From Clostridiales bacterium (GTDB taxonomy: Bacteria > Bacillota > Clostridia > Oscillospirales > Oscillospiraceae), in NCBI GenBank assembly GCA_004551945.1, contig SFPN01000005.1, forward strand, positions 10,450 through 74,449: a stretch of DNA of 64,000 bases, in the 5' to 3' direction. The notes below the pieces were generated by a model. That model was not told the origin of the DNA. It made no database searches and was given only the letters and a program-made list of their open reading frames with translations. The position numbers and the translations under genes are program-made. Positions 18,605-28,368 of the stretch are shown here, piece after piece. Every line of letters starts with the position of its first letter. The stretch's first letter is position 1.

Positions 18605-19846
18605 ATGGAAAATTTAAAAGGCGCCTGCATCATCGGCCAGTCCGGCGGGCCCACTTCTGTCATTAACGCCAGCGCCCAGGGCGTCATCCAGACCGCCCTG
18701 GCCTCCCCCCAGATCACCCGGGTCCTGGGCGCCGCCCACGGCATCAAGGGCGTGCTGGCCGACCAGCTCTACGACATGGGCCAGGAGGACCCCAGGGAGC
18801 TGGACCTGCTTCAGTTCACCCCCTCCTCCGCCCTGGGCTCCTGCCGGTACAAGCTGGCTGACCCGGACGTGGACGACACCGACTACAAGCGCATTCTGGA
18901 AATCTTTAAGAAATACGACGTGCGCTACTTCTTCTACAACGGCGGCAACGACTCCATGGACACCTGCAACAAGATCAGCAAGTACATGCAGCGGGTGGGC
19001 TACCCCTGCAACATCATGGGTGTGCCCAAGACCATCGACAACGACCTGAGCGGCACCGACCACTGCCCCGGCTACGGCAGCGCCGCCAAGTACATCGCCA
19101 CCTCCTGCATGGAGCTGTACCAGGACGCCCGGGTGTATGACACCGGCACCGTGGTCATCGTGGAGATTATGGGCCGTCACGCCGGCTGGCTGGCGGGCGC
19201 TGCGGGCCTGGCCAGCTGGGCAGGTTCCGGTCCTGACCTGGTGTACCTGCCGGAGGTGGACTTCGACATGGAGGCTTTCGTTGCCGACGTCAAGCGCATC
19301 TACGAGGCCACCGGCAACTGCCTGGTGGCAGTCTCCGAGGGCATCCACTACGCCGACGGCACCTTCGTCTCCGAGGCCAAGACCTCCGCCACCGACGGCT
19401 TCGGCCACGCCCAGCTGGGCGGTCTCGCCGTGATGCTGGCGGACGTGATCAAGCAGCGGATGGGCGTGAAGGTCCGTGGCATCGAGCTCTCCCTGCTCCA
19501 GCGGTGTGGGGCGCACCTGGCCTCCGCCACCGACGTGCAGGAGGCCTATCTGGTGGGCAAGGCCGCCGTGGAGGCTGCCGTCTCCGGCACCACCGACCAC
19601 ATGGTGGGTCTGGACTGCATCCGGAACGAGAGCGGCTACCACTGCCAGACCAAGCTGGTGCCCCTGACCCAGGCCGCCAACACCGAGCGGAAGGTTCCCC
19701 GGGACTGGATCAACGAGGCCGGCAACGGCATCCAGCAGGGCTTTGTGGACTACGCCCTCCCCCTGATCCAGGGTGAGCTCTCCCGGCCCCAGGAAAACTC
19801 CCTTCCCCGCTTTGCCAAGCTGAAAAAGGTGCTGACCACCGACTGA
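18605..19846 (+). CDS. pfk: Phosphofructokinase, probably PPi-dependent
   Basis: GQSGGPTSVIN, GGNDS, PKTIDND, EIMGRHAGW; start re-called at MENLK (RBS GGAGG). Confidence 0.92.
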   Translation: MENLKGACIIGQSGGPTSVINASAQGVIQTALASPQITRVLGAAHGIKGVLADQLYDMGQEDPRELDLLQFTPSSALGSCRYKLADPDVDDTDYKRILEIFKKYDVRYFFYNGGNDSMDTCNKISKYMQRVGYPCNIMGVPKTIDNDLSGTDHCPGYGSAAKYIATSCMELYQDARVYDTGTVVIVEIMGRHAGWLAGAAGLASWAGSGPDLVYLPEVDFDMEAFVADVKRIYEATGNCLVAVSEGIHYADGTFVSEAKTSATDGFGHAQLGGLAVMLADVIKQRMGVKVRGIELSLLQRCGAHLASATDVQEAYLVGKAAVEAAVSGTTDHMVGLDCIRNESGYHCQTKLVPLTQAANTERKVPRDWINEAGNGIQQGFVDYALPLIQGELSRPQENSLPRFAKLKKVLTTD

Positions 19847-19895
19847 TACTGATTCTTGATGAAAAAGTTTCATCAAGAACTAGTATGATCCCACA

Positions 19896-19933
19896 GAAAA
19901 GCCGCCGCAGTTCAATATTGCGGCGGCTTTCTT
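19896..19933 (+). terminator. Intrinsic terminator after pfk
   Basis: AAAGCCGCCGCA/TGCGGCGGCTTT stem followed by T-rich tail. Confidence 0.7.
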
Positions 19934-19973
19934 CACATACTAAGGGAAACATGAGAAAAAAGGAGGTTATGCT

Positions 19974-21911
19974 ATGGCCAATCATCTCCAGAACCAGACC
20001 AGCCCCTATCTCCGCCAGCACGGAGACAACCCGGTGGACTGGTACCCCTGGTGTCAGGAGGCCTTCCAACGGGCCAGGGAGGAGGACAAGCCCATCTTTC
20101 TCAGCGTGGGCTACAGCACCTGCCACTGGTGCCACGTGATGGCACGGGAGAGCTTCCAGGACCCGGAGGTGGCGGAACTGCTCAACGAGGGCTTTGTCTC
20201 CATCAAGGTGGACCGGGAGGAGCGCCCGGACATTGACAGCCTGAGCATGTCCATCTGCCAGGCCTTCACCGGGGGCGGCGGCTGGCCCACCACCGTTTTT
20301 CTCACGCCGGACCAGATCCCCTTCTTTGCCGGTACCTACTTTCCCAAGGACAGCAGCAGGGGTCTGCCGGGGCTGCTCCAGCTGCTGCCCGCCATCCGCC
20401 GGACCTGGCAGACCGACCGGGACCGGCTCATGGCCCAGGGGGAGCAGGTGCTGGCCTATCTCCAGGCAGAGGCCCCGCCAGCGGCAGAGCCGGACACCTC
20501 TCTGCTGAAAAAGGCCCTGGACCAGTGGCGGGCCTCCTTCGACCCTGTCTGGGGGGGCTTCGGCTCCGCCCCCAAGTTTCCCATGGGCCACAGTCTGGTG
20601 TTTCTCCTGGCCTGCGGGGAGAAAACCGGGGACAAGCCCGCCCTGGCCATGGCAGAAAAGACCCTGGAGCAGCTCTATCTGGGGGGCATTTTCGACCATG
20701 TGGGCGGGGGCTTTGCCCGGTACTCCACCGACCGGCAGTTTCTGGTTCCCCACTTTGAAAAAATGCTCTACGACAACGCCCTGCTGACCCTGGCCTACTG
20801 CAAGGCCTATCAGGTGACCCGCCGGAGCCTGTACCTCCAGGTAGCCCAGCGGACGGCGGACTATGTGCTCCGGGACCTGATCCTCCCCGGCGGGGCCTTT
20901 GCCGGGGCCCAGGACGCGGACAGCGGCGGGGAGGAAGGGCGGTACTACACCCTCACCCCGGAGGAGGTTCTGTCGGTGCTGGGTGCGGAGCTGGGGGAGA
21001 AATTCAACCGGTGCTACCACATCACCCCCGAGGGCAACTTCCTGGGGAAGAACATCCCCAACCTGCTCCAGGGCCTGTCCGCCCCGGAGGACTGTGAGGA
21101 GGCCCTGCCCCTGCTGCGGGCTTACCGGGAAAAGCGCTGCTCCCTGGCCCGGGACGACAAGGTGCTCACCGGCTGGAACGGCCTGATGATCGCCGCTCTG
21201 GCTGCTCTCTACCGGGTCAGCGGCCAGGAGCGCTACCTGGAGGGGGCCAGAGGTGCCCTGGCCTACCTGGACCGGGTTCACTGGCGGGGGGATGACCTCT
21301 TCGCCACCAGCCTGGCAGAGCAGACCGGGCCCAAGGCCTTTTTGGAGGACTACGCCTTCCTGTCCTTCGGCCTGCTCCATCTCTACGAGGCTACCCTGGA
21401 GCCGCGATACCTGGACCAGGCCCAATCCCTCTGCCGCCGGGTGCTGGCGGACTTTCCCGACAAAGGCCGCGGGGGATTCTATCTGGCCGCCAAGGACAGC
21501 CAGCCTCTGCTGCTCCGCCCCAAGGAGACCGCCGACGGGGCCCTGCCCAGCGGCAACACCATGCTGGGTTATGTACTGGTGCGCCTGGCTCAGCTCACCG
21601 AAGAGGAGACCTGGGACCGGGCCGCCCAGGAGCAGCTGGCCTTCCTGGCCGGGCAGGCGGCGGCCTATCCCACCGCCTACCCGGTGTATCTGCTGGCTCT
21701 GCTGGCCCGCACCCATCCCCCGGAGGAGATCACCCTGGTCCTGGCCCCCGGCCAGACCCCGCCGGCCCAGCCCTGGCCCTTCCCCCTGGACGCTGTGGTG
21801 AAGATTCTGCCGGGACCCCAGGGGGACTATGCCCTGCTGGACGGAAAGACCACCTATTACGTCTGCAAGGACCACACCTGCCTGCCCCCAACCACACAGT
21901 ACCCCCACTAA
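19974..21911 (+). CDS. YyaL/SSP411-type thioredoxin-domain plus (alpha/alpha)6 barrel protein
   Basis: [74 protein letters not shown]. Confidence 0.92.
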   Translation: MANHLQNQTSPYLRQHGDNPVDWYPWCQEAFQRAREEDKPIFLSVGYSTCHWCHVMARESFQDPEVAELLNEGFVSIKVDREERPDIDSLSMSICQAFTGGGGWPTTVFLTPDQIPFFAGTYFPKDSSRGLPGLLQLLPAIRRTWQTDRDRLMAQGEQVLAYLQAEAPPAAEPDTSLLKKALDQWRASFDPVWGGFGSAPKFPMGHSLVFLLACGEKTGDKPALAMAEKTLEQLYLGGIFDHVGGGFARYSTDRQFLVPHFEKMLYDNALLTLAYCKAYQVTRRSLYLQVAQRTADYVLRDLILPGGAFAGAQDADSGGEEGRYYTLTPEEVLSVLGAELGEKFNRCYHITPEGNFLGKNIPNLLQGLSAPEDCEEALPLLRAYREKRCSLARDDKVLTGWNGLMIAALAALYRVSGQERYLEGARGALAYLDRVHWRGDDLFATSLAEQTGPKAFLEDYAFLSFGLLHLYEATLEPRYLDQAQSLCRRVLADFPDKGRGGFYLAAKDSQPLLLRPKETADGALPSGNTMLGYVLVRLAQLTEEETWDRAAQEQLAFLAGQAAAYPTAYPVYLLALLARTHPPEEITLVLAPGQTPPAQPWPFPLDAVVKILPGPQGDYALLDGKTTYYVCKDHTCLPPTTQYPH

Positions 21912-21915
21912 ACGC

Positions 21916-21951
21916 CAGCACACCCCCGGAAAACGGGGGTGTGCTGGTTTT
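21916..21951. terminator. Hairpin between convergent YyaL-like and SipL-like genes
   Basis: CCAGCACACCCCCG/CGGGGGTGTGCTGG stem followed by TTTT on +. Confidence 0.7.
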
Positions 21952-21954
21952 CTG

Positions 21955-23475
21955 TTACCGTTTTCTGGGGATCAGCAGCATCTGCCCGGGGTAGAGCTCT
22001 TCGGAGGTGAGGCCGCTGGCCTCCATGATCTCGCTGTCGGTAGACAGGCACGCCTTGGCCACGTCCCACAGGGTCTCCCCTGCCCGCACCGCCCGGAGGA
22101 TCACCGAGGGCCGCTCTTCCTCCTCCTCCCGCCGGTCCCCCAGGGTCACCCGGTCGGCCAGGGAGACCGTCCGGTCCTCCAGAGCCATCCACCGGAACAG
22201 CAGAGGGACGGTCACCTCTGCCCCGGTTCCGGTGATGGAGGCCGTGGGCGCCCGCAGAATCTCCACGGTCACCAGGCAGGGGGTCTCTCCCCGCTCCGGC
22301 AGCCGGTGGGAGACGGTCACCCGTTTGCTGAGGGTGACCGGTCCCTCCTCCCCCTGGCACAGAACCACCAGCTCCACCTCCTGGGTGAGGATGCGGTCCT
22401 GTCCCTCCTGCCGCTGGCCGGTGCGGCCCAGCCGGGCCTGGACGTCAAAAATCTCCCCCAGGGCGCCGCTGTGCTCCAGCACCTCCCGGGCAATCTCCTG
22501 GTCCTCCCCGCTGCCCAGCAGGGACCGGACCGGGAAGGGGCTGCTCTCCGTCTGGAGCTGGTAGTCCGTGCTGTACAGGTCCGCCAGCACTGGCACCTCC
22601 ACCTGCCTGCGGAGAACCGCCTGGGCCTGGAGGGCCAGCTCCACCTGGAAGGCCCGGGGGTCCTCCCCCTCCGGGATGCAGGTCACGTCGGTGAAGAACA
22701 GGTCCATCTCGCACAGGCCTTCCTCGCTCTCCTCCCCCGCGTCCATGATCTGGGAGTAGGGCATATGAAGGTCGGCGGAGAACACCCCGCCGTCGGGGCC
22801 CTTGCACAGAAGGGTCAGCACCGCCTCCCCCTTAAAGACCAGCTTGCTGCCGATGACCCGGGCCTCGGTGCAGGTGCACTCCGCCCGGGTGCGCAGCAGG
22901 CTCTGCACATCCGGCCGCCCGGCGGGCAGGGTCACCGTGTCGCTGTAAGTAAAGGTTTTTTCCTGGACGTAGACGGTCATTATGCTGCGCAGAGTGTCCG
23001 TCCGCTGGCGCACGCCGTAGTCCTCCCCCTCCCGGGCCATGGAGGCCGGGCTGAGGGTCTGGGGGGAAAAGCCCTCCACCTCCAGCTGGTAGCCCACCCG
23101 CACCAGCACCTTCCGGGGGTTGAGCAGGTGGACGTCCACCGACAAGACCCGGGGGGTCACCTTCAGCAGGCACCGCCGGGTCAGCTGGGGCAGGTCCGGG
23201 GAGAGAGAAAAGGGCAGGGTCACCTCCATGGACTCCATGGTCTCCTCCCCTTCCGGCTGGTAGAGGATGGTCACCTTCAGCAGGCCGGAGAGCTCTGCCT
23301 TGCCCTCCTGAGGTTCCTTCCGCTGGAGGAGCAGCCGCCCCTCCCCGTCCAGCACCTGCCAGATGTCCGGGCAGGCGTCGGGGACGATGGTTTCCGCCGT
23401 CTCTTCCTGTTCCAATGTGGTGCGGCAGACGGTTTCCCAGCACCGCACAGATTCTCGCTGGAGTTCCAATTCCAT
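21955..23475 (-). CDS. sipL: SipL-like spore coat protein (SPOCS/DUF3794 repeats plus C-terminal LysM)
   Basis: ETIVPDACPDI and LPAGRPDV repeat starts; C-terminal VRAGETLWDVAK...LYPGQMLLIP LysM; SigE-like promoter upstream. Confidence 0.8.
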   Translation of the reverse strand: MELELQRESVRCWETVCRTTLEQEETAETIVPDACPDIWQVLDGEGRLLLQRKEPQEGKAELSGLLKVTILYQPEGEETMESMEVTLPFSLSPDLPQLTRRCLLKVTPRVLSVDVHLLNPRKVLVRVGYQLEVEGFSPQTLSPASMAREGEDYGVRQRTDTLRSIMTVYVQEKTFTYSDTVTLPAGRPDVQSLLRTRAECTCTEARVIGSKLVFKGEAVLTLLCKGPDGGVFSADLHMPYSQIMDAGEESEEGLCEMDLFFTDVTCIPEGEDPRAFQVELALQAQAVLRRQVEVPVLADLYSTDYQLQTESSPFPVRSLLGSGEDQEIAREVLEHSGALGEIFDVQARLGRTGQRQEGQDRILTQEVELVVLCQGEEGPVTLSKRVTVSHRLPERGETPCLVTVEILRAPTASITGTGAEVTVPLLFRWMALEDRTVSLADRVTLGDRREEEEERPSVILRAVRAGETLWDVAKACLSTDSEIMEASGLTSEELYPGQMLLIPRKR

Positions 23476-23510
23476 AGTGTGACTTCCTTTCCCATAAAGG
23501 TTACTGTCTC

Positions 23511-23539
23511 ATCCTATGCTCCAGCGCCGGGGGGTATTC
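23511..23539 (-). promoter_or_regulatory. SigE-like promoter of the SipL-like gene
   Basis: GAATACC-14 nt-CATAGGAT. Confidence 0.65.
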
Positions 23540-23608
23540 TTAAATGCGGAAGATCTTTTTCAGGATGCCCGCCAGGGCCTTGGGGGCGTTCACCACCACC
23601 ATCTTCAT
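23540..23608 (-). CDS. spoVM: Stage V sporulation protein M (22-aa amphipathic peptide)
   Basis: MKMVVVNAPKALAGILKKIFRI with Pro9, RBS GGGAGGG, located downstream of prkC-rsgA as in other spore formers. Confidence 0.85.
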   Translation of the reverse strand: MKMVVVNAPKALAGILKKIFRI

Positions 23609-23632
23609 GTGGGTCCCTCCCTTCCCGGGCGC

Positions 23633-23680
23633 AAAAAAACACCCGTCTGCTCCCAGTTTATGCCGGGAACAGACGGGTGT
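23633..23680 (-). terminator. Intrinsic terminator after rsgA (overlaps the candidate spoVM promoter)
   Basis: ACACCCGTCTG...CAGACGGGTGT stem plus 7-U tract on - strand. Confidence 0.65.
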
Positions 23681-23696
23681 GTGCAGGTTTCCAGGA

Positions 23697-24593
23697 TCAG
23701 GGGTTCTCCCAGGGCTTGTTCTCCTTGGCCAGCTCATAGAGCCGCACATAGCTCCGGTGGCGGCTGGGGGAGATTTTCCCCTCCTTCACCGCCTCCAGCA
23801 CGGCGCAGCCCTTTTCCTTCACATGGGCGCAGCCGATGAACCGGCACTGGTCCAGGTAGGGGCGAAACTCCCGGAAGGCGTATTGCAGCTGCTCCTTCTC
23901 CCGGATCTCCCCCTTGTCGGTGTCAAAGGCGGAGAAGCCGGGGGTGTCGGCGATGAGCCCGCCGGAGACGGGAAACAGCTCCACGTGGCGGGTGGTGTGG
24001 CGGCCCCGGCCCAGCTTCTCGCTGATCTCCCCGGTGGCCAGGGCGAAGTCCGGCTCCAGGGCGTTGAGAATGCTGGACTTGCCCACCCCGGAGTTGCCGG
24101 TGAAGGCGGACACCTTCCCCGCCAGAAGCCCCCGCAGCTCCTCGATGCCCTGGCCGGTGGCGGCGCTGACCTTCAGGGTGTGAAAGCCAGCGGCGGTGTA
24201 AATCTCATACAACTCCTCCGCCTGCACCAGGTCCCACTTGTTGATGCAGATGACGGGCTCGCACTGCTTGGTCTCCGCCAGGGCGATGATCCGGTCCACC
24301 AGGAAGGGGTCGGTCACCGGGATGGCCCCGGAGGCGATGACCACCAGCTGGTCGATGTTGGCCACCGCCGGCCGCTGAAAGGCGTTGCGCCGGGGCAGAA
24401 GCGCATCCAGGGAGCCGGTGCCGTCGGGCTGGACGGTGATGGCCGCCCGGTCCCCCACCAGGGGGGTGATTTTTTTATACCGGAACTTTCCTCTGGCCCG
24501 GCAGGTCACCGGCGCCTGGCCGGGACCGCACTGGACGTAGTAGAAGCCACTGAGGGCCTTGAGGATGGTTCCTTCTCGTTTCTCTTCGTTCAT
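23697..24593 (-). CDS. rsgA: Ribosome small subunit-dependent GTPase A
   Basis: NKWDL, GNSGVGKSS, GRGRHTT, DTPGF, CRFIGCAHVKEKGC Zn site. Confidence 0.96.
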   Translation of the reverse strand: MNEEKREGTILKALSGFYYVQCGPGQAPVTCRARGKFRYKKITPLVGDRAAITVQPDGTGSLDALLPRRNAFQRPAVANIDQLVVIASGAIPVTDPFLVDRIIALAETKQCEPVICINKWDLVQAEELYEIYTAAGFHTLKVSAATGQGIEELRGLLAGKVSAFTGNSGVGKSSILNALEPDFALATGEISEKLGRGRHTTRHVELFPVSGGLIADTPGFSAFDTDKGEIREKEQLQYAFREFRPYLDQCRFIGCAHVKEKGCAVLEAVKEGKISPSRHRSYVRLYELAKENKPWENP

Positions 24594-24603
24594 GCTGTCT
24601 CAC

Positions 24604-26565
24604 TTAATTGAAGGTCTCGTCGTACTGGTCCACCAGGGCGCCGTCGATATAAACGCAGATCTGCTGGGTGCCGGTACCCTCCACGGGGGTGACCACGCTG
24701 CCCACGGAGGTGTCCACCGTCTGGTTGTAGGCCTCCTTGCCGCCCACGGTGATGCGGACGGTGACAGTCTCCCGGTCCTCCGGCAGGGTGACGGTGACGG
24801 GCTTGCTGGAGATGGGCTGGGATTCCGGACCCTTGCTGTAGTGAAGGGTGATGGCAGTGCCCTTCTCCACCTGGGTGCCGGGGGCAATGCTCTGGTAGAC
24901 CACCAGGCCCTTGGTCTGGTCGCTGGTCACTTCCTCCACGCTGCCCACCTTCAGCTCCAGGTCCGTGAGCATCTGCCGGGCCTTGTCCAGAGACTGCCCG
25001 GTGAGGGTGGGAACCACGACCTTGGTGTTCTCCGGCCCCTGGCTGATGACCAGGTGGACGGTGTCGCCGGCCTCCAGCTTGGTGCCCTTGGGGGGCGTAA
25101 AGGAGATCACGTGATCCTCCTCCACATCATCCGAGGGCTGGTATTCGGGGGTGTCCACCTCCAGGCCGATCCCCTGGATGGCCTTTACCGCGTCCTCATA
25201 GGTGAAGTTCTTCACGTCGATCATCTCAATGGCCTCTTTGCCGCCGCTGACCACCACGTTGATGGTGGAGCCCAGCTCAGCCTCCGTCCCTGCCGCCGGG
25301 TCCTGGGAGAGGATTTCCCCCTCCGGGGCCTGGTCGTCGGACTCCACGGAGATCCTGACTACTTTAAAATTGTCTGTGACCGTCTTGTCCCCCCAGACCT
25401 CGTCCAGCTGACGGCCCACTAGTTGGGGGACCGCCATGGTTTCCGCCTTGTTGAACAGGCCGCTGAAGAAGGTCAGCCACAGGATCAGGGCCGCGCCCAC
25501 CAGGAAGACAATAATCACAATGGGGATCACCATGCTCTTCCGGCGCTCCTGCCGGTCCTCGTACTCCTCCGGCTCCTCCTGGGGGTACCGCCGGGGAGGC
25601 GGGGCGGGGCGGGGGCGCGCCGGGGGCCGCTGGCGGCGGTTCATGGAGCCGGTGTTGTCCACCACCTGGGTGGGCTCATCGGGCACTGGCTGGCTGCCAT
25701 GGAAGGCGGCCAGGTTATAGTGAAACACCGTGGTGGGGTCCTTTCGGAAGTCCTCCAGGTCCCGGAGCATGGCCCCGGCGTTCACATACCGCTGGTCGAT
25801 CCGGGAGGCCATGGCCTTCATGGTGATCTCTTCCAGCCCCCGGGGGATCTCCGGGTTCAGTTCCCGGGGAGACAGGGGGGTGGCGTTGATGTGCTGGATG
25901 GCCACGGACACCGGGGAGTCCCCGTCGAAGGGCAGGCGGCCGGTGAGCATCTCGTAGAGGACCACACCGGCGGAGTAGATATCCGCCCGGGCGTCAATGT
26001 GGCTGCCCCGGGCCTGCTCCGGGGAGATATAGTGGACGGAGCCCAGGGCCTCCTGGGTCAGGGTGTTCTGGGTGGCGGACATGATCCGGGCGATGCCGAA
26101 GTCAGCCACCTTCACGCTGCCGTCCCGCAGGACCATGATGTTCTGAGGCTTAATGTCCCGGTGGATAATCCCCCGGCTGTGGGCGTGGCCCAGGGCCCGG
26201 AGAATCTGGGTGATGAAGTACAGGGATTCCCGCCAGTTCAGACTGCCGTCCTTCTTCTGCATATACTGCTTGAGGGTAATCCCGTCGATGAGCTCCATGA
26301 CGATATAGTCCAGGTCGTCGCCCCGGCTCACGTCATAGACGGAAACGATATTCGGATGGGAGAGCATGGCCACGGCCTGGGCTTCCTCATGGAAGCGGCG
26401 GCGGAACTCTGCGTCGGAGGCCAGATCCCGCTTGAGAATCTTCACGGCCACGAAACGGTGCAGCCGGTGGCAGTAGGCCTTGTAGACCACCGCCATGCCT
26501 CCTACCCCGATCACATCGAGGATTTCATACCGGTTATCGAGCATTTTACCAATGTATTGGTCCAT
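24604..26565 (-). CDS. prkC: PASTA-domain Ser/Thr protein kinase
   Basis: GVGGMAVVY, VAVK, HRDIKPQN, DFGIA, YISPEQ, one TM helix, three PASTA-like repeats. Confidence 0.96.
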   Translation of the reverse strand: MDQYIGKMLDNRYEILDVIGVGGMAVVYKAYCHRLHRFVAVKILKRDLASDAEFRRRFHEEAQAVAMLSHPNIVSVYDVSRGDDLDYIVMELIDGITLKQYMQKKDGSLNWRESLYFITQILRALGHAHSRGIIHRDIKPQNIMVLRDGSVKVADFGIARIMSATQNTLTQEALGSVHYISPEQARGSHIDARADIYSAGVVLYEMLTGRLPFDGDSPVSVAIQHINATPLSPRELNPEIPRGLEEITMKAMASRIDQRYVNAGAMLRDLEDFRKDPTTVFHYNLAAFHGSQPVPDEPTQVVDNTGSMNRRQRPPARPRPAPPPRRYPQEEPEEYEDRQERRKSMVIPIVIIVFLVGAALILWLTFFSGLFNKAETMAVPQLVGRQLDEVWGDKTVTDNFKVVRISVESDDQAPEGEILSQDPAAGTEAELGSTINVVVSGGKEAIEMIDVKNFTYEDAVKAIQGIGLEVDTPEYQPSDDVEEDHVISFTPPKGTKLEAGDTVHLVISQGPENTKVVVPTLTGQSLDKARQMLTDLELKVGSVEEVTSDQTKGLVVYQSIAPGTQVEKGTAITLHYSKGPESQPISSKPVTVTLPEDRETVTVRITVGGKEAYNQTVDTSVGSVVTPVEGTGTQQICVYIDGALVDQYDETFN

Positions 26566-26578
26566 GGCAACACACTCC

Positions 26579-27313
26579 TTATTTTACTTCAAAAAGAACG
26601 ATGGTCACGTTGTCCGGCGCGCCCTCTGCCAGGGTTCGGTCCAGCAGCCGCCGGCAGATTTCCTCCGCCGTGCCGCCGGCCAGAAGCTCCTGGTGGATCT
26701 GCTGGTCTGTGACCTCGTTGACCAGCCCGTCGGAGCAGAGAAGAACGGCGTCGCCCGCCTTCACCGTCCGCTGGAACAGGTCCACTTTGACTTGCCTTGT
26801 GGTGCCAAGGGCCCGGGTAATGAGATTTTTCTGGGGGTGTTGGCGGGCTTGCTCCGGGGTCAGGTCCCCTTTGCGCACCATGTCCCCCACCACGGAGTGG
26901 TCCTGGGTGATCTGCTGGATGGCCTGGCCAGTGATATAGTAGGCCCGGCTGTCCCCCACGTTCACCACCCAGAGGGTGTTTTCCTGGATTAAGGCGCCCA
27001 CCAGGGTGGTGCCCATACCGGCGTAGGCCCGGTTGGTGCCCGCCTTCAGGTAAACCGCCCGGTTGGCCGCCTGAGCGGCCTGGACTAGCAGCTCCCCCTC
27101 CTCCTGGTACTCCCCGGGTTCATCCAGGCAGACCATATGGTTCTGAAACCGGTCCACAGCCATGGCGCTGGCCAGATCCCCGGCGTTGGCTCCGCCCATG
27201 CCGTCGCACACCACGGCCCAGGCGTACTGCCCGTCCCGTGCGCCGGTGGCAAAGGCGTCCTGATTTTCCCTTCGCGCGATCCCTCTGTCGGTCAGTCCCC
27301 ATACGGAAACCAT
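26579..27313 (-). CDS. prpC: PP2C-type Ser/Thr phosphatase
   Basis: RRENQD, VCDGMGG, GMGTT, NVGDSRAY, LCSDGL, DNVT. Confidence 0.95.
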   Translation of the reverse strand: MVSVWGLTDRGIARRENQDAFATGARDGQYAWAVVCDGMGGANAGDLASAMAVDRFQNHMVCLDEPGEYQEEGELLVQAAQAANRAVYLKAGTNRAYAGMGTTLVGALIQENTLWVVNVGDSRAYYITGQAIQQITQDHSVVGDMVRKGDLTPEQARQHPQKNLITRALGTTRQVKVDLFQRTVKAGDAVLLCSDGLVNEVTDQQIHQELLAGGTAEEICRRLLDRTLAEGAPDNVTIVLFEVK

Positions 27314-28368
27314 GCTGGATCATCTCCTTTCCCTTCGCTGGCAGTCTGCTGGGCCTTCATGGCCTTGCGGCGCAGCTGCCCGCAGGATGCGTCAATGTCG
27401 CTGCCCAGCCGCCGGCGGACGGTGGCGGTGATTCCCCGCTTTTCCAGCTGCTTCTGGAAGGCCGCCACCCGGGGACTGGGTTTCAGGGGGCTTTCCTCCA
27501 CGTGGTTTAAGGGGATTAGATTCACGTGGGCAACGGTGCCCTCCAGCCGGTCCGCCAGAAGGGCAGCCTGCCGGGGGCTGTCGTTGACCCCGTCGATCAT
27601 GGCATACTCATAGGAGATCCGCCGCCCGGTCTTTTCAAAGTACCGGCGGCAGGCCGCCAGCAGAGCGTCCACCCCGCAGGCCCGGTTCACCGGCATCAGC
27701 CGGGTGCGGGTCTCGTCGTCGGGGGCGTGAAGGGACACTGACAGGGTCAGCTGCAGCCCCTCCTCCGCCAGCCGGTCAATGCCCTTGATCAGGCCGCAGG
27801 TGGACAGAGAGATGTGACGCATCCCAATATTCATCCCATCCGGGTGGTTCACCAGAGTGAGAAACCGCTTGACGTTTTCGTAGTTATCCAGCGGCTCCCC
27901 AATGCCCATGAGGACAATGTTGGAGATGGAAGCCCCGGAGTCCTTCTGGGTGAAGATCACCTGGTCCAGCAGCTCCGCCGCCGTCAGGTTCCGCACCCGT
28001 CCCCCCAGGGTGGAGGCGCAGAAGGCACAGCCCATGGCGCAGCCCACCTGAGAGGAGATGCACACGGAGTTGCCGTGGCGGTACCGCATGAGAACGGTCT
28101 CGATGCAGTTGCCGTCGGCCAGTCTCCAGAGATATTTTATGGTGCCGTCCAGCTTTGAGACCTGTTTTCGGGCCACTTTGGGGGCGGAAAAGCCTCCTTC
28201 CCGCAAAACGGTCTCCCGGAGGGCCTTGGGCAGGTTGGTCATCTCCTCCACGGAGGAGACCCCCCGGCTGAACCACTGGAAGAGCTGCTTGCCCCGGAAG
28301 GCCGGCTGGCCCTGGCTGACGCACCAGGCGGACAGCTCCTCCGGGGTCATGGATTTCAGGTCGGTCAT
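27292..28368 (-). CDS. rlmN: 23S rRNA/tRNA m2A methyltransferase (radical SAM)
   Basis: CISSQVGCAMGCAFCAS, MGIGEP, DIDASCGQL; start re-called at MTDLK. Confidence 0.96.
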   Translation of the reverse strand: MTDLKSMTPEELSAWCVSQGQPAFRGKQLFQWFSRGVSSVEEMTNLPKALRETVLREGGFSAPKVARKQVSKLDGTIKYLWRLADGNCIETVLMRYRHGNSVCISSQVGCAMGCAFCASTLGGRVRNLTAAELLDQVIFTQKDSGASISNIVLMGIGEPLDNYENVKRFLTLVNHPDGMNIGMRHISLSTCGLIKGIDRLAEEGLQLTLSVSLHAPDDETRTRLMPVNRACGVDALLAACRRYFEKTGRRISYEYAMIDGVNDSPRQAALLADRLEGTVAHVNLIPLNHVEESPLKPSPRVAAFQKQLEKRGITATVRRRLGSDIDASCGQLRRKAMKAQQTASEGKGDDPAWFPYGD

